This document shows, piece by piece, positions 33,756 to 43,001 of a stretch of 64,000 bases of DNA. Below the pieces are notes generated by a model that saw only the letters and a list, made by a program, of their open reading frames with translations, searched no databases and had not been told where the DNA came from. Source of the DNA: Thermoleophilia bacterium. GTDB lineage: Bacteria > Actinomycetota > Thermoleophilia > Gaiellales > F1-60-MAGs149. Numbering within the stretch: the stretch's first letter is position 1; each line of letters begins with the position of its first letter. The translations under genes were made by a program, and so were the position numbers. The stretch is from contig JBAXNN010000010.1 of NCBI GenBank assembly GCA_037133755.1, forward strand, positions 10,296-74,295, read 5' to 3'.

Positions 33756-35414
33756 TCAGTCGTCTGACGCGAAGACCCCCACCGCTCCCGCGCCAATGAG
33801 CACCGCACCACCGACGACCAGCGCCGCGGGCAGCGCCCCGGTCCCGGCCGCGCCGATCAGCGTCGCCAGATCGGCCCCGCGCAGCAGGAAGATCAGGAGT
33901 CCCATTACCGCGACGGGCCCGAGGGCCCAGGCGACCCGCGGCAGCGGCTCGACCGGGCGCGGCAGCAGCGTCCATAGCCAGAGCGCGGGCGCGGCGATCA
34001 GCACCGAGGCGGGGCTCCCGGCCAGCAGCAACGCGGCGGCGACCAGGCCGATGGTGGGGGCGGCAAGCAGCGGCATCGCCGCCGTGCGACGGCGTACGAG
34101 CAGGTAGCCAGCAAGGGCGAAGACCACCAGTGCGGCAAGCACGACGAGCGCGATCGTCAGCAGTCCGGCACGCGGCCAGCCGGAGCCAGGCGGGGTGTCG
34201 ATGCCGCCGGCCAGATTGGCGGCACGCGCGATCAGTACCGCGGCGATGCCAGGTACGGCACCGACCACGGCGACCGTGAGGGCGGCGCTCCAGCCGGAAC
34301 GGGACGGGCTGCCGCCCTGCAGAAGTCGACGCCCGACGGCGTACAGCGGGCCGATCAGCAAGGCGATCGCCAGCAGCGCGATCGCCTTGCCGGGAATCAC
34401 GCGGCCCGAGACGGCGATGTACGCACCGCTCGGTGGCGCCGGGCGCGGCTCCGCGTCGAGGCGCACCAGCAGCGTGCCAATCGCCGAGCCAACAGCGCCG
34501 AGTCGGGCGTCGCTGATCGCCTCCGTCCCCACACCGCCGCCGCCGCTGCCGAGCTGAATCGCCGCGACTCCCGCATCGAGGAACGGCACCTGCGCGCCCG
34601 ACGGCTCGACCGGTGCGATCAGATCGAGCACCTGCAGCACCGGATTCTCCGGTGCCGCCGAACCCGCATTCTGCTGCGTCTGCAGCGACTCCTCGAGGCC
34701 CTTCAACAGGACCTCTGGCGTGCGTACGCCGCCGGTGCCGGCAAAGAGGATCGGCAGGGTGCCCGTCGGACCACCGATCGCATTGAGCGAGACCACCGCG
34801 ACCGGGCGCACGCCATCGGCACGCAGTGATGCGAGCAAGTGCTCGTTGCCGGCCTGCCCGACGGTACCGCCATCGGTTGAGGCGAGTACGAGAGCACGGG
34901 AGCGCTCCACGCCCGAGAGGTCGCGGGCGAGCTCGACCAACGCCGCCGTCCCCGTCGCGTTGTCGTCGAGACCCGGCCCCGGTGAGACGTCGTCGCGGTT
35001 CGCGATCAGCACGATCGCCTCGTCCGACGACCCCTGCTCGACGACCCAGAGGTTCTCCATCTTGACATCGCTGCCCGAGGCTCCGGGCGCCCGGAACGCG
35101 GCGCGGTGCACGGGCTCGCCACTCGCCTCCGCCAGCGACCCCGCAATCTGGTCAGCGGCCTGCTGCGCCGTCACCGTCCCGGGGGCGCGATCCGGGGTGC
35201 GCTCGGCGAGCCTGCGGGCGTACGCCGCCGCCAGCGGCCCGTCGAAACTCGGGGCCACGGCGATGGTGGCGGACGGTCCGAGCGGCGTGCGAACGCTGAT
35301 CAGCAGGATCACGAGAGCGATCAACGGCGGTGCGATGAAGGCAATGCGCAGCGCGCGCCCAGCACGATCGCGGGGCCGTGCAGCCGTTTGCATGCTGGCG
35401 CGCTGGCGGTCCAC
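33756..35414 (-). CDS. M28-peptidase-like domain (metal ligands apparently degenerate) fused to a polytopic membrane domain
   Basis: GLDDNATGTAALVELARDL is the M28 hallmark. However, the upstream HxD is NRDD and the Glu-Glu box is STDGG. The C-terminal ~230 aa form about six hydrophobic helices. Confidence 0.55.
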   Translation of the reverse strand: MDRQRASMQTAARPRDRAGRALRIAFIAPPLIALVILLISVRTPLGPSATIAVAPSFDGPLAAAYARRLAERTPDRAPGTVTAQQAADQIAGSLAEASGEPVHRAAFRAPGASGSDVKMENLWVVEQGSSDEAIVLIANRDDVSPGPGLDDNATGTAALVELARDLSGVERSRALVLASTDGGTVGQAGNEHLLASLRADGVRPVAVVSLNAIGGPTGTLPILFAGTGGVRTPEVLLKGLEESLQTQQNAGSAAPENPVLQVLDLIAPVEPSGAQVPFLDAGVAAIQLGSGGGGVGTEAISDARLGAVGSAIGTLLVRLDAEPRPAPPSGAYIAVSGRVIPGKAIALLAIALLIGPLYAVGRRLLQGGSPSRSGWSAALTVAVVGAVPGIAAVLIARAANLAGGIDTPPGSGWPRAGLLTIALVVLAALVVFALAGYLLVRRRTAAMPLLAAPTIGLVAAALLLAGSPASVLIAAPALWLWTLLPRPVEPLPRVAWALGPVAVMGLLIFLLRGADLATLIGAAGTGALPAALVVGGAVLIGAGAVGVFASDD

Positions 35415-35440
35415 AGGCCTGCTGACGGTAGCATTGGGGT

Positions 35441-36151
35441 GTGCAGACGCAGCCCGTGGTGCTCATCATCGATGACGAGGAATCGCTGCAGGAGCTCCTG
35501 CTCCATGCGCTCGAGCGCGACGGCTATCGCGTCGTCGTGGCGGGAACGTGCGCGGACGGTCTGGCCGCCTTCCACGGCGACACGCCCGACGCGGTTCTGC
35601 TCGACGTGATGCTGCCCGACGGTTCTGGCCACGACGTCTGCAAGGAGATCCGCATCACCTCGACGGTGCCGATCATCATGCTGACCGCGCTCGACGATGA
35701 GGTCGACAAGGTGATTGGCCTTGAGCTCGGCGCCGACGACTACATCACGAAGCCGTTCGGCATGCGTGAGCTCCGCTCTCGCGTGAAGGCGATTCTGCGA
35801 CGCGCCGCCATGACGACGCCGTCGGCCGAGACCGATGCAACGGCGGCCGAGGAGCGCATCGAGCGGGGCGGGGTGGTCGTCGATCGCGTCCGCCACACGA
35901 TCGAAGTCGATGGCGCCGGCGTCGACCTGACCTACGTGGAGTTCGAGATCCTCTCGACGCTGATCATCAGCCCCGGCCGGGTGTTCAGCCGCAACCAACT
36001 GCTCGACGCCGTCTGGGGCTCGTCGGACTTCCGCGAGCCGCGCACCGTCGACGTCCACGTGCGGCACCTGCGCGAGAAGATCGAGCAGGACCCCGCCAGC
36101 CCGACCCGCATCCAGACCGTGCGCGGCGTCGGCTACCGCTTCGAGGGCTAG
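35441..36151 (+). CDS. OmpR/PhoB-family response regulator
   Basis: The receiver domain reads VLIIDDEE...LLDVMLPDGSG...ITKPF. It is followed by a winged-helix output domain (TVRGVGYRF). Confidence 0.9.
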   Translation: MQTQPVVLIIDDEESLQELLLHALERDGYRVVVAGTCADGLAAFHGDTPDAVLLDVMLPDGSGHDVCKEIRITSTVPIIMLTALDDEVDKVIGLELGADDYITKPFGMRELRSRVKAILRRAAMTTPSAETDATAAEERIERGGVVVDRVRHTIEVDGAGVDLTYVEFEILSTLIISPGRVFSRNQLLDAVWGSSDFREPRTVDVHVRHLREKIEQDPASPTRIQTVRGVGYRFEG

Positions 36152-36154
36152 CGC

Positions 36155-37567
36155 GTGGACTGGCTCGTCGATCGCGTCTTCCCGTTCCGGCGGCTGACGG
36201 TCTGGCTCGGCCTGCTGCTGCTAATCGTGATCGTGCTGGCGCTCGCTTTGACCGCGCTGCTGGTTCTGCCCAAGCTCGACGAGAGCCTCGTCAGCAACCG
36301 CGTCGACACCGTCGCCCGCGCCGCCACGCAGAGTGCGCCGACCTTCCAGTCGAACTTCGAGAACGCGCTCAACGGCGTCGCCGGCACGCCGGATACCGAC
36401 GCCGTCACGGCCGCCTACGGCCAGCTGACGAACACCGACGCCGCTGTGTATCAGGCAATGAGCACCACGGAACTCGTGCCCGTCACCGCCATGGCACCGC
36501 GCGAGCCGAGCCAGATCGCGCTCGCCGCCGCGACCAGCAACGGCGTCCAGAAGGGCACCGTCGGCAGCGGCGGCGACCGCCGCGCCGAGGCGGCCTATCC
36601 GATGGAGATCGGCGGCACCGCCTACGTCGTCGTGCTCTCCTCGAACCTCGACGACGTGAATGCGGCTGTGACCCTGACGATCCGCCGGAGTCTGCTCGGC
36701 GCACTGATCGCCGTGCCGCTGGCCGTGATCATCGGTGTGCTCGCCGCAGGACTGCTGACGCGCCGCCTCCGTCGCCTCGAACGGTCGGCCCGCCAGATCA
36801 GTGCCGGCCGCCTCGACGAGCCGATCCTCGATCGCGGCAAGGACGAGATCGGCGACCTGGCCGTGGCCCTCGACCGCATGCGCGACGAAATCGCCGCGAC
36901 CGACGCCTCGCGTCGCGCCTTCGTCGCCAACGCGTCGCATGAGTTGCGCACCCCCGTGTTCGCGCTGTCCGGGTTCCTCGAACTGCTGATCGACGAGGAG
37001 GACGAGGCGGTACGTGCGCAGTTCCTCACCACGATGCAGGACCAGGTCGATCGCCTGACCAAGCTCGCGACGGACCTCCTCGACCTGTCGCGCCTCGATG
37101 CCGGCAAGGTCCCCATGGAACACGAGCCGATTCAGCTCGCCGCCGTCGCCGAGCGCATTGCCGGCGACCTCACCCCGATCGCCGGCAAGCGCGGCGCCAC
37201 CATCAACGTCGCGGTAACGCCGGCGATGGCCGTCGGCGACGAGGCGCGCATCGGCCAGATCACCCGCGTGCTGATCGACAACGCGATGCGCCACAACCCC
37301 GCCGGCGTCGAGATCATCGTCGCAACCGAGCACGTGCCGGGCACGGCGACGATCATCGTCAGCGACTCCGGACCGCGCATCCCCGACGAGGAGATCGCAG
37401 CGATCTTCACGCGGTTCTCGCGCGGGGCGCGTGCCGGCGAGGGCTCTGGTCTCGGACTCGCGATTGCCTCCGAGCTCGCGATTCGCATGGGTGGCCGCCT
37501 GATGCTCGACCAGTCCGGGACGCGCAAGGCCTTCCGGCTCGAGCTCCGCGCCGACGACCCGTCGTAG
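36155..37567 (+). CDS. Sensor histidine kinase (two TM helices, HAMP, HisKA, HATPase)
   Basis: The H-box is FVANASHELRTPV, and the N/G boxes are DNAMRHNP and DSGPRI...GSGLGLAI. It lies 3 nt after the response-regulator gene. Confidence 0.85.
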   Translation: MDWLVDRVFPFRRLTVWLGLLLLIVIVLALALTALLVLPKLDESLVSNRVDTVARAATQSAPTFQSNFENALNGVAGTPDTDAVTAAYGQLTNTDAAVYQAMSTTELVPVTAMAPREPSQIALAAATSNGVQKGTVGSGGDRRAEAAYPMEIGGTAYVVVLSSNLDDVNAAVTLTIRRSLLGALIAVPLAVIIGVLAAGLLTRRLRRLERSARQISAGRLDEPILDRGKDEIGDLAVALDRMRDEIAATDASRRAFVANASHELRTPVFALSGFLELLIDEEDEAVRAQFLTTMQDQVDRLTKLATDLLDLSRLDAGKVPMEHEPIQLAAVAERIAGDLTPIAGKRGATINVAVTPAMAVGDEARIGQITRVLIDNAMRHNPAGVEIIVATEHVPGTATIIVSDSGPRIPDEEIAAIFTRFSRGARAGEGSGLGLAIASELAIRMGGRLMLDQSGTRKAFRLELRADDPS

Positions 37568-37612
37568 GCCGGGCCGCACTGCGTGCGGCCGCAGGCGCGC
37601 TACATTCGTGAC

Positions 37613-39085
37613 ATGGCACGCGAACGTCACCGACTCACGGTCGTCTCGAATCGCGGTCCGATCCAGTACGCGCGGATCGACGACGAACGTGTTGCGCTGC
37701 GCGGTGGTGGCGGACTCGTGTCGGCGCTGCGCGGTCTGATCGGCAACCACGACGTGACGTGGATCGTCTGCGCGATCTCCGACGAAGACCACGTCGTCGC
37801 AGCCGAGCAGAACGGTCGCGCGCTCGACGAGACCGATGCCGTTGGCAACCCCTTCAAGGTCCACTTCGCCGATCCGGCGCCCGCCGATTTCGCGGCGATG
37901 TACAGCCAGATCGCCAACCCGCTGCTGTGGTTCATCCAGCACGGCCTCTACGCGTCGGGCGAGGAGCCGGTCGTCAGCACCGACATCCGTGAGGCGTGGG
38001 CGGGCTATCGCCGCTACAACGCGGCCGTGGCTGCCGCGGCAGCAATGGAACGCGACTGCGACGCGCTGATGATCCACGACTACCAGCTGTATCTCGTGCC
38101 AGCGATGCTCCGCGAGGCGGGCGTCACCTCGCCGATCCTGCACTTCACGCACATCCCCTGGCCCCGCCCTGAGGCGTGGAAGCAACTGCCCGTCGATCTG
38201 CGTACCGAGCTCTTGCACGGGCTGCTTGGGTCCGACATCGTCGGCTTCCATACCCAGCAGGACGTCCACAATTTCCTCGCCACGTGCGCCGAATTCCTGC
38301 CCAGCGTCGAGGTGTATGCCGACGATGCGCGCGTGCGCCTGATCGTCGACCACGAGGCACGCGATGTGCACATCCGTGCGTATCCGATTTCGATCGACCC
38401 GGCCGAGCTGCGCGCGCACATGCGCAACCCGGAGATGATCGCCGCGCACACGGAGCTGCTGCGCACGCGCCCCGAAAAGCTGATCCTGCGCGTCGACCGC
38501 ACCGACCCGTCGAAGAACATCCTGCGCGGGTTTCACGCCTACGGTCGCCTACTCGACCGGCGGCCCGACCTGCACGGCCGCGTACAGTTGCTGTCGCTGC
38601 TCGATCCCTCGCGCCTCGCCGTGCCGGTCTACGCGAACTACCTCAAGCGCATCAACGCAATTGCCGCCGAGATCAATGACAAGCACGGCCGCGACGGCTG
38701 GCTCCCCATCGACGTGCGGATTGGCGATAACTTCCCGGTCGTCGTCGCCGCCTATCGCGAGTACGACGCCCTTCTCGTGAACTCGATCGCAGACGGCATG
38801 AACCTGATCTCCAAAGAAGCACCGCTCCTCAATGAACGCAGTGGCGTCGTCGTGTTGAGCGAGAACGCGGGCTCGTTCGAGGAGCTCGAGCAGTGGGTCC
38901 TTCCCGTCGATCCGCTCGACGTCGAGCAGACCGCCGCGCAACTGGAGCGCGCCCTTGAGCTGCCGCAGCCCGAGCGCTCCGAGCGCGCCGAGGCCATCCG
39001 CGCATTCGTCGAGACGCATGACGTGGCACGCTGGATCGACCTCCAGCTGTTGGATCTGGAGTTCCTCGCGGAGTCCCGCGCATGA
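37613..39085 (+). CDS. otsA: Trehalose-6-phosphate synthase (GT20)
   Basis: Starts at ATG 37613. GT20 motifs include VVSNRGP, IHDYQLYLVPAMLR, HFTHIPWP, RVDRTDPSKN and ADGMNLISKE. Confidence 0.85.
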   Translation: MARERHRLTVVSNRGPIQYARIDDERVALRGGGGLVSALRGLIGNHDVTWIVCAISDEDHVVAAEQNGRALDETDAVGNPFKVHFADPAPADFAAMYSQIANPLLWFIQHGLYASGEEPVVSTDIREAWAGYRRYNAAVAAAAAMERDCDALMIHDYQLYLVPAMLREAGVTSPILHFTHIPWPRPEAWKQLPVDLRTELLHGLLGSDIVGFHTQQDVHNFLATCAEFLPSVEVYADDARVRLIVDHEARDVHIRAYPISIDPAELRAHMRNPEMIAAHTELLRTRPEKLILRVDRTDPSKNILRGFHAYGRLLDRRPDLHGRVQLLSLLDPSRLAVPVYANYLKRINAIAAEINDKHGRDGWLPIDVRIGDNFPVVVAAYREYDALLVNSIADGMNLISKEAPLLNERSGVVVLSENAGSFEELEQWVLPVDPLDVEQTAAQLERALELPQPERSERAEAIRAFVETHDVARWIDLQLLDLEFLAESRA

Positions 39086-39909
39086 GTGATCCGATCCTGA
39101 TTGTCGCCGCGCTCAACGGCACCCGCAGTGCCGAGGAGTGTCCGAAGCTGCCGCTCAAGCCGCAGGATCTGGCCGCCGAGGCGAAGCGCTCGGTCGAGGC
39201 CGGCGCCGGCATGATCCACGTGCACGCTCGCAAAGCAGACGGCTCGCCGAGCTTCGATTTCGTGATCGACGAGATCGTCGCTGCCATCCGTGGCGCGGTG
39301 GACGTGCCGATCTCCATCTCCACGCAACGGGCGCGCCAGACGTCACTCGGCACGGTCACCGCACTGTTCGGCGTGCTGCGCGACCTGCCCGATGTCGGCG
39401 CCGTCCACGTGCGCCCGCCGGAGCCCGAACTTCCTGCGCACCGCGAGGAGGCCCGCCAGATCCTCGACGCGCTCGAGGAGGCCAACGTGCGCCCCGCTCC
39501 CGTGGCCGGCAGCCTTGACGCGATCGGCGATCTGCAGGCGCTCTACCACGACCAGCTGCTCGGCCGAGCGCCGTTTCTCCTGCTCACGCTCGGTGGGCCG
39601 ACCTCCGAGTCGTCCGACCTCGCAGCCGGCACGCCGCAGAATGCACTGCACCTGATTGAGGCTGCCCACTCCGCACTGTCGGGCGTGCCGATCGTGGCTA
39701 GCGGACGCGACGAGTCAAGCCCGATCGTGCAGGCGATCGCCGCCGCGAGCGGCGAGCACATCCGTGCCGGCTTCGAGGACGCGGCCACGCTGCCGGATGG
39801 CTCGCCGGCCACATCGAACGCGCAGCTCGTCGAGCATGCGGTACGCCTTGGTGCGGCGCTCGGCCGGGCACCGATGTCGCCCGACGACGCCCGTCGTCTC
39901 TTGCGCTGA
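39082..39909 (+). CDS. DUF849 / BKACE-family (3-keto-5-aminohexanoate cleavage-like) enzyme
   Basis: LIVAALNGTR...AGAGMIHVHAR (HxH) and the C-terminal RAGFEDA match BKACE TIM-barrel signatures. The ATG overlaps the otsA stop (ATGA). Confidence 0.7.
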   Translation: MSDPILIVAALNGTRSAEECPKLPLKPQDLAAEAKRSVEAGAGMIHVHARKADGSPSFDFVIDEIVAAIRGAVDVPISISTQRARQTSLGTVTALFGVLRDLPDVGAVHVRPPEPELPAHREEARQILDALEEANVRPAPVAGSLDAIGDLQALYHDQLLGRAPFLLLTLGGPTSESSDLAAGTPQNALHLIEAAHSALSGVPIVASGRDESSPIVQAIAAASGEHIRAGFEDAATLPDGSPATSNAQLVEHAVRLGAALGRAPMSPDDARRLLR

Positions 39910-39938
39910 CCGGCCCGCCCGCGCGATACGGTTGGCGC

Positions 39939-40481
39939 ATGTCGCGTCGTGGCAAATCCATTCTTGTTGCGCTGATCGCGGTCGGCGTCGTCTGCCTCGG
40001 CATCGGCCTCTACGGCATCACGCAGCAGTCCGACACGACAGCGGCACCCACCGAGGGGAGCCTGATCCCGGCCTTCGAACAGGGCCCGGCGCCGGCGGTC
40101 GTCGGCACGACACTGACCGGCGAGCCCTTCGATCTGGCCACGTACCGCGGCACGCCCGTCATCCTCAATTTCTGGGCCTCATGGTGCGCACCGTGTCGCA
40201 AGGAGCTGCCGGCGATCGCGGCCTTCGCCAAGGCGCATCCCGAGATCGCGGTGGTCGGCGTCAGCTACCAAGACAGCGTCAAGGACGCCACGGCCTTCGC
40301 GAAGGAACGCGGCGTCACCTGGCCGAGCGTCGTCGATGACGGCCCGATCGGCGCGGCGTACAAGGTTCCCGGTCTGCCCGCGACCTTCCTGATCGACGCC
40401 CAGGGGCAACTCGTCGACCGCATTCTCGGCGAGGTCACCGAGGCGACCCTCGACGCGCACGTCAAGGAACTCACCGCGTGA
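39939..40481 (+). CDS. TlpA/ResA-like membrane-anchored thiol:disulfide oxidoreductase
   Basis: It has an N-terminal TM anchor and a thioredoxin fold with FWASWCAPCRKE. Confidence 0.8.
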   Translation: MSRRGKSILVALIAVGVVCLGIGLYGITQQSDTTAAPTEGSLIPAFEQGPAPAVVGTTLTGEPFDLATYRGTPVILNFWASWCAPCRKELPAIAAFAKAHPEIAVVGVSYQDSVKDATAFAKERGVTWPSVVDDGPIGAAYKVPGLPATFLIDAQGQLVDRILGEVTEATLDAHVKELTA

Positions 40482-41194
40482 TCGGCGCGATCTCGCTGTC
40501 GGGCCTCGGCCTGATGACGGCGTTCGCAGCGGGATTCATCTCGTTCCTCTCTCCCTGCGTGTGGCCGCTCGTGCCCGCGTACCTCTCCTACGTCTCCGGC
40601 GTGCCCTACGAGGAGCTCGGCTCCAACACGCGGCGCGTCGTGCTGACCACGCTGGCCTTCGTCGGCGGCTTCACCGTCGTGTTCGCGCTGTACGGCGTGA
40701 GCGTCGGCTACCTCGGCTCGCTCGTCGCCGATTACCGCCGCACGATCGAGATCATCGGCGGCCTGCTGGTGATCCTGATGGGCCTGGCGCTGCTCGGTTT
40801 CGCACAGCGCCTGGTCGGGCGCGAGGCGCGCGTGGGCCTCCCCGCCCGCCCGACGACGTTCGTCGGCGCCGGCGTGGCGGGCGTCGTGTTCGCCGTCGGC
40901 TGGACGCCGTGCATCGGCCCGGTGCTCACCTCGATCCTGCTCTACGCCGCCACGCAGGGCTCGGCCGGCGGCTCGGTGCTCCTGCTCGCCTACGGCATTG
41001 GCCTCGGCGTGCCGTTTCTCCTGTCCGGCCTGCTCGCGTCGTGGCTGCTCGAACGCACCGGCGCGTACCGCAAGTACGGCGCGTGGGTCAACCGCATCGC
41101 CGGCGTGATCATGATCATCGTCGGCGTCCTGCTCGCGACCGGGCAGCTGACGCAGATCACGCAGCAGCTCAGCGGCTACGGCCTGATCGTCTAG
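40478..41194 (+). CDS. ccdA: Cytochrome c biogenesis thiol-transfer protein CcdA (DsbD-core family)
   Basis: Six TM helices with conserved cysteines in FLSPCVWPLVP and GWTPCIGP. There is a 4-nt overlap with the tlpA-like gene. Confidence 0.85.
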   Translation: MIGAISLSGLGLMTAFAAGFISFLSPCVWPLVPAYLSYVSGVPYEELGSNTRRVVLTTLAFVGGFTVVFALYGVSVGYLGSLVADYRRTIEIIGGLLVILMGLALLGFAQRLVGREARVGLPARPTTFVGAGVAGVVFAVGWTPCIGPVLTSILLYAATQGSAGGSVLLLAYGIGLGVPFLLSGLLASWLLERTGAYRKYGAWVNRIAGVIMIIVGVLLATGQLTQITQQLSGYGLIV

Positions 41195-41201
41195 GCGCGA
41201 G

Positions 41202-41309
41202 ATGCTCCAAAGGGGTCAGACCCTTTTGGAGCATGCCCGCGAGTGACATGTCGCATGGCAATTGGCATGGTCGCGCATGTTCCAAAAGGGTCTGACCCCT
41301 TTGGAGCAT
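41202..41309. repeat. Double-palindrome repeat element, copy 2
   Basis: Inverted 31-mers lie at 41203-41233 and 41278-41308 with one G-T mismatch. The spacer is 44 nt. The element starts 7 nt after the ccdA stop codon. Confidence 0.85.
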
Positions 41310-41385
41310 TGGACTCGAGTCGCGAGCCCGCCGTCCTTGCCATCCGTCTCCCACGCCTTGTGCCGCCGCGGACGGACCAGCGACC

Positions 41386-41889
41386 TCACCCCAGCGCATA
41401 CCCGGCCAGCGCAAGATTCAATCGTGCACTAGGTGTGAGCGGCTCCGGCCACGCGCCGACGGGGAAGATCCCGAGGCCGATCACCTCAGGCAGCATCAGC
41501 CCGAACGGGCCGTCGGCGCGCAAACGGAAAACGCCTGCCATCTCGGTCTCGTCCCCGAGCTCGTTGAGGAACGTGCCGACGTGCTCCGGCGCTGGGCCGG
41601 CGTAGCCGAGCTCCTCACCCAGCTCGCGCACGACCGCCTCGAGGTAGGTCTCCCCGCCATCGACGTGGCCCGAGCAGGCGAGGTCCCAGAAGCCCGGAGA
41701 CGAGTCCTTGCGCAGCGAGCGACGCTGGAAGAGCATGCCCTCCGACGTCTCGACGATCACGCTGACCGAGCGGTGGATCAGCGACGCGTCGGCGTGGCAC
41801 TCGGCGCGCGTGCGGTAGCCCAGCACGGTGTCGTCACGATCCACGACGCAGAACATCTCGTCCTGCCGCTGCACGGGGGCCGGTTCCAT
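41386..41889 (-). CDS. NUDIX hydrolase
   Basis: The Nudix box is GHVDGGETYLEAVVRELGEELG. Confidence 0.7.
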   Translation of the reverse strand: MEPAPVQRQDEMFCVVDRDDTVLGYRTRAECHADASLIHRSVSVIVETSEGMLFQRRSLRKDSSPGFWDLACSGHVDGGETYLEAVVRELGEELGYAGPAPEHVGTFLNELGDETEMAGVFRLRADGPFGLMLPEVIGLGIFPVGAWPEPLTPSARLNLALAGYALG

Positions 41890-41909
41890 GACGCATATCG
41901 TATGACGCG

Positions 41910-42962
41910 ATGGCCAAGGTGCTCTCCGTCGTGGGCAACCGCCCCCAGTACGTCAAGGCCGCGCCGCTCTGCGTGGCGCTGGCTGCGCATGCCGAGGTCG
42001 TCGGCGTCGACACGGGGCAGCACTACGACCCCGAGCTATCGCAGGTCTTCTACGACGAACTCGGCATCGCCCCACCGACCCATCGCCTCGAGGTCGGCTC
42101 GGGCTCGCACGGCGCGATGACCGCCCGCATCCTCGAGCGCATCGAGCCGGTGCTCGTCGCCGAGCAGCCCGACTGGTGCGTGGTCTACGGCGACACGAAC
42201 TCCACCATCGCCGCGGCGCTTGCCGCCGCGAAGCTCGGCATCCCGGTCGCCCACGTCGAGGCCGGGCTGCGCTCGTTCGACCGCTCGATGCCCGAGGAGG
42301 TCAACCGCGTCCTGACCGACGCCATCTCGAACGTGCTGCTGGCGCCCTCGCAGACCGGCGCCGACAACCTTGCCGCCGAGGGCATTACCGCTGGCGTGCA
42401 CGTAGTCGGCGATGTCATGGCCGACGCTGCACGCCTGTTCGGACCTGTCGCAGAGCGCTCGACCGCGCTGGCCGACCTCGGCCTCGAACCGGGCGGCTAC
42501 GTGCTCGCGACGATCCACCGCGAAGCCAATACGCGCCAGCCCGCGCTCGGCCGTCTCGTCGACGCACTCAGCGCGCTCGACACCGACGTCGTGCTCCCGA
42601 TCCACCCACGCACCGCCGCAGCGCTCGAGCGCGACGGGCTCGCCTTCGGTGGCCGCGTCCGCGTCGTGCCACCCGCGCCGTACCTCGGCTTCACGGCCCT
42701 GCTGCGTGGGGCCGCCGTGCTCGTGACCGACTCCGGCGGCGCGCAGAAGGAGGCGTGGTTCCACGAGGTGCCGTGCGTCACGCTGCGCGACCGCACCGAG
42801 TGGGTCGAGACCGTTGAGGCCGGCGGCAACGTGCTCGTCGGCGACGCTGCGGACGCCATCGCAGCCGCGATAGCGCACCCGCCACGGCCCGCCTCCTGGC
42901 CTGCGCTCTACGGCGACGGACACGCCGCCGAGCGCATCGCCGACGTGCTGCTCGGCTCCTGA
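41910..42962 (+). CDS. Non-hydrolysing UDP-N-acetylhexosamine 2-epimerase (WecB/WbpI-like)
   Basis: GNRPQYVK, YGDTNSTIA and HVEAGLRSFDRSMPEEVNR are epimerase signatures. Confidence 0.85.
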   Translation: MAKVLSVVGNRPQYVKAAPLCVALAAHAEVVGVDTGQHYDPELSQVFYDELGIAPPTHRLEVGSGSHGAMTARILERIEPVLVAEQPDWCVVYGDTNSTIAAALAAAKLGIPVAHVEAGLRSFDRSMPEEVNRVLTDAISNVLLAPSQTGADNLAAEGITAGVHVVGDVMADAARLFGPVAERSTALADLGLEPGGYVLATIHREANTRQPALGRLVDALSALDTDVVLPIHPRTAAALERDGLAFGGRVRVVPPAPYLGFTALLRGAAVLVTDSGGAQKEAWFHEVPCVTLRDRTEWVETVEAGGNVLVGDAADAIAAAIAHPPRPASWPALYGDGHAAERIADVLLGS

Positions 42963-43001
42963 CGCGGCATCGCAGGCACTCAGCCCGGTACCATCCGGCG
43001 C

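Noticed and set aside
33557-33811. ORFs crossing the repeat elements that share peptides such as LQKGLTPLEH, LQRGQTLLEH and KGVRPFWSM (also 41169..41414, 41243..41605 and parts of 33098..33799 and 50398..51696). They could be mistaken for a conserved small-protein family.
   Set aside because: The shared peptides are simply translations of the identical 25-nt DNA core in whichever frame or strand is open. The flanking translations are unrelated, and there are no ribosome-binding sites.
36221-38536. A 771-aa minus-strand ORF.
   Set aside because: It is antisense to the histidine kinase and otsA. It has no motifs and a shadow-frame composition.
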